DNA from: a virus
Taxonomy: Duplodnaviria > Caudoviricetes
Virus record (IMG/VR): IMGVR_UViG_2844540631_000002
Coordinates: 1 to 64,000 of that record
Reading direction: 5' to 3' (one strand)
Length of the DNA stretch: 64,000 bases
How positions within the stretch are numbered: the stretch's first letter is position 1; every line of letters starts with the position of its first letter. Shown here piece after piece: positions 17,621-26,858 of this stretch. Below the pieces are notes generated by a model. That model did not search any database and was not told the DNA's origin. It saw only the letters and a list, made by a program, of their open reading frames with translations. The position numbers were made by a program, and so were the translations under genes.

Positions 17621-18801
17621 GGACGTGCGGACACAACACGGCGCAGTACAGGTGTGACACCTGCGTGGAGGACGTGCGGCGCCAACTCCCGCGTTTCCCT
17701 CTCCAACTAATGCGTGGGGCTGTCGGTCCGGTTGCCATCCCCTGGCCTGTGGCCGAGCGTGCCTGGGCCGTCTACGCGCAGTTGCACGGCACCAGCCAGA
17801 GCGTGGAGCGCCTCGCCGAGCGTGGCGGCTTCAACTGGGGCGAGATGGACCTGTACCTGCCCGGGTGGCGCGAACTGGCGCGGAGACCTCCAGTCCCCCA
17901 GCCTCCGGCGGCGCGAGGAACGGGGCTGTTCATCGTCGTGGAGGGCGGCGACGGCGCGGGGAAGTCGGAGCTCCTGCGGGGCTTGGCCCAGGCTCTCAAG
18001 GCGGACGGCCACCAGGTGGTGCTCACCGCGGAGCCGAGCACCGGCCCCACCGGCCAGCAGCTGCGCGCGCTGCTCGCGGACCCAGAGGCGGCTCAGGCCA
18101 CATCCCCCGCAGAGTGGGCGCTGCTCTTCGCCGCGGACCGCCTGCACCACCTGCGCACCGTGGTCCGGCCCGCGCTCGCGGCCGGCTTCCTGGTTCTGTC
18201 CAGCCGCTACACCCTCTCGTCGCTGGCGTACCAGGGGCCGGCGCTGGGGATGGAGTGGGTCGAGGTGGTGAACGCGCACGCGCAGGCACCCGACCTGCTG
18301 CTCTTCGTCGACACCCCGCCGGAGGTTGGCCTGGCTCGACTGGCCGGCCAGCGGGAAGCGGATGCCTTCGAGACGCTGGAGCGGGCGCGCGCCGCCGCCG
18401 CGGGGTACGCCCAGGCCCTGGCGCGCGTCGAGGCCTCCGGCGGGACGGTTCACCGTCTGGACGGAACCCTGATCGTCGAGGAACTGGTGGAGAGGGCGAG
18501 GGCGCTGGTCCCCCGGCTGCCTCTGCTCAGGAAGGGGAAGGGCGCGGGCCTGGGCGAGATGCTGGAGCCCACCTGCGACCACGACGTCCAGCCCGTGCCC
18601 GGCGACGAGGACTGGGGCCGGTGTGTGCGGTGTCGGGAAGAGGGATTCCCGCTCACTGAGCGCTCGGCCTACGGAGACGTGAAGTGCAGGACCTGCAAGG
18701 ACACGGGGTTGGTGCCGTGCCTCTTCGAGAAGCCGGGACAGCTCTTCGGGGACCGTGCGTGCCCTGCGGAGGGGTGCCAGGCGGGAAGGGACGCGACGTG
18801 A
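17617..18801 (+). CDS. tmk: Thymidylate (dTMP) kinase with N- and C-terminal extensions
   Basis: FIVVEGGDGAGKS P-loop, LTAEP, LLFAADR, SSRY..SSLAYQG, PDLLLFVD. Confidence 0.85.
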   Translation: MRTCGHNTAQYRCDTCVEDVRRQLPRFPLQLMRGAVGPVAIPWPVAERAWAVYAQLHGTSQSVERLAERGGFNWGEMDLYLPGWRELARRPPVPQPPAARGTGLFIVVEGGDGAGKSELLRGLAQALKADGHQVVLTAEPSTGPTGQQLRALLADPEAAQATSPAEWALLFAADRLHHLRTVVRPALAAGFLVLSSRYTLSSLAYQGPALGMEWVEVVNAHAQAPDLLLFVDTPPEVGLARLAGQREADAFETLERARAAAAGYAQALARVEASGGTVHRLDGTLIVEELVERARALVPRLPLLRKGKGAGLGEMLEPTCDHDVQPVPGDEDWGRCVRCREEGFPLTERSAYGDVKCRTCKDTGLVPCLFEKPGQLFGDRACPAEGCQAGRDAT

Positions 18802-19271
18802 CGAACCGGACGCGGGTGTCGTGCGCGCTGAATCGCCTGGGCGCCGTCGTCGTCCGCAAGGCGGAGGTGGTGGAGGGCAGCGGAGAGCGCGTGGCGGTGT
18901 GGACGTTGCCAGGGGACGTGGGGATTCGTGCCCTCCCGGGCGCCAGCTCGTCCCCCGCGGCGTGGGCCCTGCTCGCGGAGGACTGCGAGGTGCGAGCTCG
19001 GGCGGCAGGTGCTGGTCCTGGGCGGACGGCGTGGGAGGCGCTGGTCCTGGACGCCAAGGCCCGGCCTGCCCAGGGCCTGCGGGCAGGAGGTACCCCGGGA
19101 GCGGAGGGTGACACGGCCGGGAATGCCTACCGGGTAGCCCTGGACGGAGCGGTGTGCTGGCGCCAGGAGGCGGAGGCGACGGGGAAGTACGAGGACTGGG
19201 AGTTGTACGACTCGGCGCTTCACCACGCATGGCGGTGCCGTGCGTACCTGCTCCGGAGGGATGGGCCATGA
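18798..19271 (+). CDS. Hypothetical protein
   Basis: GTG at 18798 overlapping the upstream stop. Confidence 0.5.
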   Translation: MTNRTRVSCALNRLGAVVVRKAEVVEGSGERVAVWTLPGDVGIRALPGASSSPAAWALLAEDCEVRARAAGAGPGRTAWEALVLDAKARPAQGLRAGGTPGAEGDTAGNAYRVALDGAVCWRQEAEATGKYEDWELYDSALHHAWRCRAYLLRRDGP

Positions 19272-19525
19272 AGGGGGCGGAGAACGTCGAGGACCCGGGC
19301 GGGCGCTTCGCGTACCGGGACATCACCTTCAATGACGCGGACGGCCCCCATGTCGTCTGCGTCTTCTGCGCGGGCCGTGTGGCCACGCGGCTCTGTGACG
19401 CACCAGTGCCGCCACGGATGGAACGAGGCAAGGTTCGGCACACCTGCGACAACACGCTGTGCGCGGAGAGCTCCCAGCGCATCGGGAAGAAGGACTACTG
19501 CCCCAGCCATAGGAGGGAGGAGTGA
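19268..19525 (+). CDS. Small Zn-finger-like protein
   Basis: CVFC...LCD...TCDNTLCAESS...DYCPSH. Confidence 0.6.
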   Translation: MKGAENVEDPGGRFAYRDITFNDADGPHVVCVFCAGRVATRLCDAPVPPRMERGKVRHTCDNTLCAESSQRIGKKDYCPSHRREE

Positions 19526-19702
19526 CACCCCACGTGCACCGTCCTCCCCGGTGCCGCTTGTGCGGCAGGCCCCTGGGCTGCATGTGCCCGAAGCTCCCGT
19601 TCCGCGCCCCAGCGCACGCCAATTGGGGCCGGTCCGTGCCCGCCACGCAGCCCCGGGGCGCCTCTCGTGCGCCTCCCGTCGCCGGGTGATACTGGAGGCG
19701 CC

Positions 19703-20047
19703 ATGCCGTCCTGCTCCCAACCTCCTGCGCAGTGCTCCGAGGCTGACTGCCGCAACGCGGCCGCGCCCCGGCACAAGCGGTGCTGGGCGCACCTCAAGCG
19801 GGTGACGCGGGGCCAGTCGATGTCGACGCCCCTGGCGCCGGCATATGAGTCCCCCTGGGAGCGACTCACCGCCGCTGCCCTGGCCTACGCCGACGCCAGC
19901 GACGACGAGGAGGAGTTCGCCAAGGCCAGGGACAGGCTGCGCAAGGCAGCCCTTGCATACGCTGGGGAGACTCGTCGGCCGGACGCTCCTTCGCCGCCAC
20001 GGCGCCGACGAATCAGTCAGCGTGAAGTGCAACTCCAGCTTTGGTAA
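19703..20047 (+). CDS. Hypothetical protein with N-terminal Cys/His motif
   Basis: RBS GGAGG; CSEADC...RCWAH. Confidence 0.55.
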   Translation: MPSCSQPPAQCSEADCRNAAAPRHKRCWAHLKRVTRGQSMSTPLAPAYESPWERLTAAALAYADASDDEEEFAKARDRLRKAALAYAGETRRPDAPSPPRRRRISQREVQLQLW

Positions 20048-20135
20048 CTCCAGCTTTGGTAAGGAAGAGCCGACGGGGACGCGTAGATCAACACCCTGGC
20101 GCCTTCGCAGTGCGCGGGGGCCCACTGTTGCGCCG

Positions 20136-20729
20136 CTACTCCCCCTTGCCGCCCGTTGCCTTGCCAATGATGCCGGCGATGCGCTCCGCGTAATGGAGGA
20201 CCGAGTGCCACGTCACCCACCAACTGGTGGTGGCGACCTTCAGGTAGATGAACCAGAAAGGCCGACCAGCCGCCGACATCGCATTGATTCGTTCAAGCGC
20301 GTCGCCAATCTCCTCGCTGGCCAGTCGTTTTGGCACCCACATCGACAGCAAGTCGAGCATCCACGTGGCTCGTTGAACGGTTGGGTGCCCGCCACGCGCC
20401 ATGAGGGCTCCGGCGGTTGTTGAGAAGGCACGCCCAATCGCTCGTGCCATGCGGATATGCAAGGGACTTGAAACCTGCTCACGCTCAGGCCGGAATTGTT
20501 CAAGGCCTTTGCCGTTCGGTCTGCTCATCTCAGCGAGGAACCAGCTCTCATTGGGACGAGTTTTCCCACGGAGCGGAGGGGCGGAGCGTTGTGCAGCCGC
20601 GCGAAGGAGTTTGCGCTGGAGCTCAACAATGGCTGCGCGGGAGAGGCAATCCGGATCGAAACACTGGTGCTCGGCGTCAGGCCTCAGGCGCGAGAAGGAT
20701 TTCTTCAAGTTGCGAGAGCGCTGCTTCAT
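20136..20729 (-). CDS. Hypothetical protein with C-terminal hydrophobic segment, partner of PadR
   Basis: Overlaps the padR stop; lower GC; EEIGDALE...FWFIYLKV. Confidence 0.6.
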   Translation of the reverse strand: MKQRSRNLKKSFSRLRPDAEHQCFDPDCLSRAAIVELQRKLLRAAAQRSAPPLRGKTRPNESWFLAEMSRPNGKGLEQFRPEREQVSSPLHIRMARAIGRAFSTTAGALMARGGHPTVQRATWMLDLLSMWVPKRLASEEIGDALERINAMSAAGRPFWFIYLKVATTSWWVTWHSVLHYAERIAGIIGKATGGKGE

Positions 20730-21040
20730 GTGAGCGCCTCCGTTGGAACCAGCCCAAAGAGTCCTGAAAGAGCTTGCCGTTGCTCCGTTGCCGCGCGGCG
20801 CCCCTCGCCGGTTAGTTCGTAGTACCGGCGCGGGCGCCCACCCCGTTCTGGAACCGGCTCGCCATCAAAGCTGCGTAGCAGCCCGTCGCGCTCCATCGCT
20901 CGGAGTGCAGGGTAGACGGTACCCTCAAGCAGGGTGATGCTCCCCCCGGTTCGCTCCCGGACCTGGTCGATGATTTCCAGGCCGTAGCTCTTCCCTCGTG
21001 TGAGCACGGCCAGGATTGCTGCCTGTGTCAGTGACGTCAT
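20726..21040 (-). CDS. PadR family transcriptional regulator
   Basis: AILAVL...SYGLEI...EGTVYPALRAMERDGLL...GRPRRYYELTGEG. Confidence 0.93.
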   Translation of the reverse strand: MTSLTQAAILAVLTRGKSYGLEIIDQVRERTGGSITLLEGTVYPALRAMERDGLLRSFDGEPVPERGGRPRRYYELTGEGRRAATEQRQALSGLFGLVPTEALT

Positions 21041-21046
21041 GACCGG

Positions 21047-21074
21047 ATAGTAATCTCAGGTTTCGGGGTTGCAA
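21047..21074 (-). promoter_or_regulatory. Putative sigma70 promoter for padR (TTGCAA-16-TACTAT), probably leaderless
   Basis: On the minus strand the -10 box ends 6 nt before the ATG at 21040; no SD. Confidence 0.5.
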
Positions 21075-21150
21075 CCTAGAATCATGAGAATTGGTCTCCT
21101 TGTGGGCGTCCAGGTGGAGGAGGCGAGCCCGTATCCGACCTTCCTTCCGA

Positions 21151-21771
21151 ATGGCTCCTCGCCGGACGGTGTCCACGCTGCCCGGGAGACTCCTCCCTGT
21201 GGCAAGCAAGCGTCGCAGGCAGTCCAGCTCCAGCCCTGGCCCGAAGGCCCCCGCTGAGTCCTCGCGGGCGCTGACGGCGAAGCAGCGCCGGTTCGCCGAG
21301 CTGTACGATGGCAACGGCACGGAGGCCGCGCGCCAAGCCGGGTACTCAGGCAGCGACAACGTCCTGGCCCAGACCGCCCGGGGGCTCCTCAGAAATCCTC
21401 ACATTCGCGCACTCATTGACGCGCGCGAAGGGAAGCAGGTCGGCCCCCGCATCGCCACGCGGGAGCAGCGACAGGCCTTCTGGACTGAGGTGATGGGGGA
21501 CGTAGACGAGGCGACGTTGGCTCGCCTCAAGGCGTCGGAACTCCTGGGCAAGAGCCAGGGGGACTTCCTCGAGCGGGTGGAGATGGCCGGCAAGGGCGGC
21601 GGTCCCGTCCAGGCCGAGGTGAAGGCCGACGTGAAGGCCGAGGTGAAGCATGTCGAGCCCGACCCCGAGCGTATTGCAACCATCGCAGCCATTCTCGCCC
21701 GGCTGGGTGCGCTCCCTGCCCCCGGAAGCACAGAGCCAGCTCGCGCGGCTGATGGAGCCGCGCATGACTAA
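21151..21771 (+). CDS. terS: Terminase small subunit
   Basis: LTAKQRRFAELY.GNGTEAARQAGYS...LLRNPHIRALI; RLKASELLGK; precedes TerL; start uncertain (21091 or 21151). Confidence 0.9.
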   Translation: MAPRRTVSTLPGRLLPVASKRRRQSSSSPGPKAPAESSRALTAKQRRFAELYDGNGTEAARQAGYSGSDNVLAQTARGLLRNPHIRALIDAREGKQVGPRIATREQRQAFWTEVMGDVDEATLARLKASELLGKSQGDFLERVEMAGKGGGPVQAEVKADVKAEVKHVEPDPERIATIAAILARLGALPAPGSTEPARAADGAAHD

Positions 21772-23035
21772 GTACGTGCCGCACCGGCCGCACGCCACCC
21801 AGGCGGCATTCCTCCTGCTGGGCGCGGTGCGCGAGGTGCTCTTCGGTGGGGCCGCAGGCGGCGGCAAGTCCGATGCGCTCCTCATGGCGGCGCTTCAGTA
21901 CGTCGATGTGCCGGGGTACGCCGCCGTCCTCTTTCGGCGCACGTACCAGGACCTGAACCAGCCTGACGCGCTGATTCCCCGCAGCAAGGCGTGGTTGATG
22001 GGGACGGATGCCCACTGGGACAAGGAGCTTCACCAGTGGAGCTTCCCCGCGGGGAGCGTGCTGAAGTTCGCGTACCTTCAGCACGCGGACGACGTCTACA
22101 ACTACCAGGGCGCGGCGTACCAGTTCATCGGCTTCGACGAGGCGACGCAGTTCACCCAGCCCATGTACGACTACCTTCATGGGCGCCTGCGCAAGCCGGA
22201 GTCCATGGATGTGCCGCTGCGCATGAGAGGGAGTGCCAACCCCGGCGGCATTGGCCATGAATGGGTGAAGGCGAAGTTCATCGACGTCCCGCCCAGCAGT
22301 GAAGTCGCATTCGTGCCCTCGAAGCTGGAGGACAACCCCAGCCTCAACAAGGCGGAGTACGAGAAAAGCCTCGCCGCCATCGCAGACCCTGTCCTGCGGA
22401 TGCAGCTCCGCCACGGCGACTGGAATGTGCGCCCGGCAGGCAAGCTTTTCCGCCGCGAGTGGTTCCACTTCGTGGATGAAGTGCCGGCCGGACTGCGGTG
22501 GCTGCGCTACTGGGACCTGGCCGCCACCGAGGAGCGCGTGGGGGCCAGGGGCAAGCCCAAGAACGACCCGGACTGGACGGCGGGCGCCAAGGTGGCGGTG
22601 CGGAAGCTGGAGGGCGGCGCGCACGAGCTGTGGATACGGGACGTGCGCCGCATCCGCGGAACGCCCCGCGAGGTGGAGTCCTTCATCCGCGCAACGGCTG
22701 AGGAGGATGGGCGGGCCGTCCCAATTTGGCTTGAGGAGGAGGGCGGCAGCAGCGGGAAGAACACCACCTACAACTACACCGCGCGCGTCCTTTTCGGCTT
22801 CACCGTCCGCGGGCACCGGAAGACGGGCAGCAAGGTGGAGATGTGGGGGCCGGTCAGCTCTCAGGCCCAGGCTGGAAACGTGCACCTGCTGCGCGGTGCA
22901 TGGAACAGCTGGTGGGTGGAAGAAGCCGTGGCCGCTCCGAACCCAGGCGTCCACGACGACGGGCTGGACGCGGTCGCCGGCGGCATGGCGGTGGCGTCCG
23001 CCCCCTCTAGCACCATGAACGTGGGGAGCTACTGA
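21650..23035 (+). CDS. terL: Terminase large subunit
   Basis: GGAAGGGKS Walker A, IGFDEATQF Walker B, SANPGG, WDLAAT, HDDGLDA; start may be 21752. Confidence 0.93.
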   Translation: MSSPTPSVLQPSQPFSPGWVRSLPPEAQSQLARLMEPRMTKYVPHRPHATQAAFLLLGAVREVLFGGAAGGGKSDALLMAALQYVDVPGYAAVLFRRTYQDLNQPDALIPRSKAWLMGTDAHWDKELHQWSFPAGSVLKFAYLQHADDVYNYQGAAYQFIGFDEATQFTQPMYDYLHGRLRKPESMDVPLRMRGSANPGGIGHEWVKAKFIDVPPSSEVAFVPSKLEDNPSLNKAEYEKSLAAIADPVLRMQLRHGDWNVRPAGKLFRREWFHFVDEVPAGLRWLRYWDLAATEERVGARGKPKNDPDWTAGAKVAVRKLEGGAHELWIRDVRRIRGTPREVESFIRATAEEDGRAVPIWLEEEGGSSGKNTTYNYTARVLFGFTVRGHRKTGSKVEMWGPVSSQAQAGNVHLLRGAWNSWWVEEAVAAPNPGVHDDGLDAVAGGMAVASAPSSTMNVGSY

Positions 23036-23535
23036 TGCCCGGCGCGTGTGCGAAGCCCGCGGAGATTGCTGCCTCGCTGTACGTGGCGGATGGGTACCGC
23101 GCCTGGCTGGCCCAGTCCGCCGTGGCGAAGGCGGCCCGCCTGGCGCGCGCCGCTGCGCCGCTGGAGACGGGCGGCATGCTGCTGGGGCAGGTGGTGGACG
23201 GCGAGGCCCACGTCTTCGCAGTGACAGGGCCGGGGCGGAAGGTGCGCCTCGCCCGCTACACCTTCGAGTCGGACAGGGCCCGCGACAACCGGTTGGTGCA
23301 TCGCGTGTGGCCGCGCCTGCGCTACCTGGGCGACTGGCACACGCACCCGGGCGGCCGGCCCGTGCTGTCCGCCATGGACCTCGCCTCCATTCGCGAGACG
23401 CTGACGCCGGACAGGCCGGAGTTGCTGGAGCTGCTGCTGGCGGGCCCGCCGGGCATGGAGTCCTTCGAGGTGGCCCTCTTCACCATGGTGCGTGGTGAGG
23501 ATGCGCCGCGGCGCATGACAGGAGGTGGCGAGTGA
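23035..23535 (+). CDS. Stand-alone JAB/MPN (Mov34) metalloprotease
   Basis: ETGGMLLG...YLGDWHTHPGGRPVLSAMD = intact JAMM motif E...HxHx7Sx2D. Confidence 0.85.
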   Translation: MPGACAKPAEIAASLYVADGYRAWLAQSAVAKAARLARAAAPLETGGMLLGQVVDGEAHVFAVTGPGRKVRLARYTFESDRARDNRLVHRVWPRLRYLGDWHTHPGGRPVLSAMDLASIRETLTPDRPELLELLLAGPPGMESFEVALFTMVRGEDAPRRMTGGGE

Positions 23536-23744
23536 TGGCCGCCCGTCACCGCCCAGGGAGTGGCAGGCGCCTACGCGGCCGAGGCCTTCCGCTGGCTGCC
23601 CGGCGTGACTCCGTCTGGGTGGTGGTGCGCTTCTCCGCGCACCTGGAGGACCCGCACCGTCGCCGGCTGACGCGCCTGGCCTCGGACACCTGGGCCTACG
23701 TCCACCTGCGGCGCCAGGGCAACGCGGAAGAGGGGAGGGCCTGA
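23532..23744 (+). CDS. Small basic hypothetical protein
   Basis: 70 aa, coupled between the JAB gene and portal. Confidence 0.5.
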   Translation: MMAARHRPGSGRRLRGRGLPLAARRDSVWVVVRFSAHLEDPHRRRLTRLASDTWAYVHLRRQGNAEEGRA

Positions 23745-23745
23745 C

Positions 23746-25242
23746 ATGGCGGCGAACAAGGTGAACGCGCAGAGCAGCGCGTATAGGGACATGCTGCCGG
23801 ACTGGCAGTTGGTGTTGGACTTGATGGGCGGCACCCGGGCCATGCGCGCGGCCGGAGAGCGGCACCTGCCGCGCCACCCCCGTGAGACGCCGAAGGAGTA
23901 CCGGGCGCGACTCAACCGCACCTTCCTCTTCAACTACTTCACCAAGGTGCTGGGGAGCCTCGCCGCCAAGCCCTTCGCCAAGCCCGTGCGGCTGGGCGAC
24001 GCTGCGCCGGAAGAGCTGCAGGCCCTGGCGGATGACGTGGACCGGCAGGGGCATGACCTCACGGCGTGGGCCCGCCCCGTCTTCGCGGACGGCTTGGCGA
24101 AGGGCTTCACCCACTTCCTCGTCGACTTCCCGGTGGTGGACCCGGAGAGGGTGAAGACGCTGGAGGACGAGCAGCGCGCGGGCGTCCGCCCCTACTTCGT
24201 CCACATCCCCGCTGAGGCCCTCATCGCGGCCTACTCCGAAGTGGTGGATGGCGTGGAGCGCCTCACGCACGTGCGCTTCCGCGAAACGGAGGTGCGCATG
24301 GTGGGCTACGCCGAGGTTGTGGTGGAGCGCATCCGTGTCCTTGAACCGACGAGGTGGGAGGTCCACGAGCGCGTCGGCAACGGCGGATGGACGCTGGTGG
24401 AAGACGGGGAGAACCAGCTGGGCTTCATCCCCCTCGTCACCTGGTACGCCGGCGAGCGCAAGGCGCTCATGCAGGCCCGGCCGCCGTTGTTGGACCTGGC
24501 CTTCAAGAATGTGGAGCACTGGCAGTCGGCCAGCGACCAGCGCAACGTCCTCACCGTGGCGCGCTTCCCGATGCTCGCGGCGTCTGGTGTGTCGCCGCCG
24601 TCGGGTGGGGAGGGCCAGGGCGAGGACAGCAACAAGCTCACCGTCGGCCCGCACACGCTGCTCACCACGGAGAGCCCGCAGGGGAAGTTCTACTACGTCG
24701 AGCACGGCGGGGCGGCCATCGCCGCTGGTCGCCTCGACTTGGAGGACCTGAAGGACGAGATGGCGGCGCTCGGCATCGAGCTGCTCGTCAAGCGCTCCGG
24801 CACGGCCACGGCCACCGAGAAGTCCATCAACGAGGCGAAGAGCCAGAGCGAGCTTCAGGCCATGGCGGAGAGCTTCGGGGACGCCCTTGAGTTGGGCCTC
24901 CACTTCGCTGCTCAGTGGATGCGGCTCCAGGTGGATGACGCCTCGCTGAAGGTGCAGGTGCACACCGACTTCGGGCTGACGGAGCAGGACAAGCAGGACC
25001 TGGACGTCCTCTTCAAGGCGCGAGCGAAGGGCGACATTTCACGCGAGGCCTTCCTCGCCGAGCTCAAGCGCCGGGGCGTCCTTGCGCCGGACTTTGATGC
25101 GGCCCTGGACGCGGATCGGCTGATGTCCGAGGGCCCGCCCCTGGGCACCTTCCGGCCCGCTCCCTCGGCGCTCGGCGCTGGGCGCGCGCCAGCCGCCGCT
25201 CCAGTGCCTGGGGACGCTCCCGCTTCAGGAGGTGCCGCGTGA
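23746..25242 (+). CDS. Portal protein (DUF4055-type)
   Basis: LMGGTRAMRAAGE.HLPR...EY..RL.RT...N; PPLLDLA..N..HWQ; TATE; follows TerL. Confidence 0.9.
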   Translation: MAANKVNAQSSAYRDMLPDWQLVLDLMGGTRAMRAAGERHLPRHPRETPKEYRARLNRTFLFNYFTKVLGSLAAKPFAKPVRLGDAAPEELQALADDVDRQGHDLTAWARPVFADGLAKGFTHFLVDFPVVDPERVKTLEDEQRAGVRPYFVHIPAEALIAAYSEVVDGVERLTHVRFRETEVRMVGYAEVVVERIRVLEPTRWEVHERVGNGGWTLVEDGENQLGFIPLVTWYAGERKALMQARPPLLDLAFKNVEHWQSASDQRNVLTVARFPMLAASGVSPPSGGEGQGEDSNKLTVGPHTLLTTESPQGKFYYVEHGGAAIAAGRLDLEDLKDEMAALGIELLVKRSGTATATEKSINEAKSQSELQAMAESFGDALELGLHFAAQWMRLQVDDASLKVQVHTDFGLTEQDKQDLDVLFKARAKGDISREAFLAELKRRGVLAPDFDAALDADRLMSEGPPLGTFRPAPSALGAGRAPAAAPVPGDAPASGGAA

Positions 25243-25610
25243 CGTCCGTTCGCTTCGATAGGAGGTGGGACGTGCGTCGCAACGCAGAGGGGCGCGTCGT
25301 CCTCACCCTGGACGAGAACTTCTACTACGGCAGTGAGGGCGAGGATTGGGAGTCCGTGCAGACCGCGCGGACTACCATCGTCCTCGCTGAGACGCTGGGC
25401 AGGGACATCTGGGCGTCCGTCCACAAGCAGCGGGGCAACGCCATTGAGCTGGCCCTCAAGGACGGGGCCCGGGTGACGAGCGTGGAGGTGCCGCCTCCGT
25501 CGGAGGAGCCTCGGTCCAAGTCCTGGCGAGTCCGGGGCGCCGAGCTGGCGCTGCGCGCGGTGCACCACCTGGTGGACGAAGTGCGCCGCCGCGAGCGGGG
25601 AGGGGCATAA
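25239..25610 (+). CDS. Hypothetical protein
   Basis: 123 aa coupled ORF between portal and minor head gene. Confidence 0.6.
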   Translation: MTSVRFDRRWDVRRNAEGRVVLTLDENFYYGSEGEDWESVQTARTTIVLAETLGRDIWASVHKQRGNAIELALKDGARVTSVEVPPPSEEPRSKSWRVRGAELALRAVHHLVDEVRRRERGGA

Positions 25611-26828
25611 GTGGCCACCACCCGCCGCACAGCCAACGAGGAAATCCTCGAGCGGACCATCGCGCACTCCGTGCAGGTGGAGCGCTACAAGGCGGGCACC
25701 GTCCGCCGGGTGGTGGAGCTGCTCAACGCCACCGAGGAGAGCCTCGAAGCGCAGCTGGCCGTCCGGGTGGAGCGCATCCTCGCAGCGGGTGGCTTCGATG
25801 CTGGGCCGGAAACCACCGCACGCCTGCAGGAGCTGCTGGAAGTGGTGGGCGGCGTGCGCGCCGAGGCATACGCCGCGGCGGCCGGCTTCCTCCGCGAGGA
25901 GTTGTCCGTCTTCGCCGCCTACGAGGCCCAGTGGCAGGCGGCGCTGCTCCAAGAGACGCTCATCGTCGAGTTGGGCGTCGTGGCCCCGTCCGCGGAGGTG
26001 CTGCGCGCGGCCGTCTTCGAGCGCCCCTTCGCCGGCGCTGTCTTCGAGCACTGGGTGGAGGCGCTTCCGCCCGCCGACCTGGAGCGGATTTCCCGGGCCG
26101 TCCAGGTGGGCGTCGTGGAGGGGCAGACGACGCAGCAGATTGTCCGGAGCGTGGTGGGCACCCGCGGGGCCTCGTACACGGACGGCGTGGTGGAGATGTC
26201 GCGGCGCAGCGCGGAGACGCTGGTGCGCACCTCCCTCAACCACGCCTCCACGCAGGCCCGTGAGGAGGTGTACCGGGCCAACGAGGACATCATCGAGGAG
26301 GTGCGCTGGGTGGCCACGCTGGACGGCCGCACGACGCTGGGCTGCATCGCACTGGACGGCAAGACGTTCCCCACGCGCGAAGGCCCGCGACCGCCCAGGC
26401 ACCCCGGGTGCCGCTCCTCAACGGTGCCGGTCATCAACGGGGTGAAGCTGGTGGGCGACAGGCCGGCCGTCACCGACGCGCGCACCCGGCGCCAGCGGGA
26501 AATCGACTTCCGCGCGGAGGCGAAGGCGAAGGCCGGGGCCGCGTGGAAGGACATGTCCGAGAAGGAGCGGCGCGGTGCCATCGCCCGCGTCCGTGAGAAG
26601 TGGGCGCGGGAGAACATCGGCCAGGTGCCCAAGGGGCTGTCCTACGAGGACTGGCTGCGCCGTCAGTCCGCCAGCTTCCAGGACGAGGTGCTGGGCCCCA
26701 CGCGCGGGCAGCTCTTCCGCAACGGCGGGCTCAGCGTGGACCGATTCACCGACGCGAGCGGCAAGACGTTGACGTTGGAGGCGCTCCGCGAGGCGGAGGC
26801 CGAGGCTTTCAAGAAGGCGAAGTTGTAA
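25611..26828 (+). CDS. Minor head protein (SPP1 gp7 / Mu F-like)
   Basis: LVRT...WVATLDGRTT..C.ALDG...PPRHPGCRS. Confidence 0.9.
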   Translation: MATTRRTANEEILERTIAHSVQVERYKAGTVRRVVELLNATEESLEAQLAVRVERILAAGGFDAGPETTARLQELLEVVGGVRAEAYAAAAGFLREELSVFAAYEAQWQAALLQETLIVELGVVAPSAEVLRAAVFERPFAGAVFEHWVEALPPADLERISRAVQVGVVEGQTTQQIVRSVVGTRGASYTDGVVEMSRRSAETLVRTSLNHASTQAREEVYRANEDIIEEVRWVATLDGRTTLGCIALDGKTFPTREGPRPPRHPGCRSSTVPVINGVKLVGDRPAVTDARTRRQREIDFRAEAKAKAGAAWKDMSEKERRGAIARVREKWARENIGQVPKGLSYEDWLRRQSASFQDEVLGPTRGQLFRNGGLSVDRFTDASGKTLTLEALREAEAEAFKKAKL

Positions 26829-26858
26829 CCGGCCCACTGGGCCGAGAAGGGAAGCGGT

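Noticed and set aside
21613-21648. GTGAAGGCCGA mini-repeats in terS
   Set aside because: Just encode the VKAE/VKAD low-complexity linker
21650-23035. Intein or intron in the terminase
   Set aside because: Length (~460 aa) and motif spacing are normal; no Hint motifs
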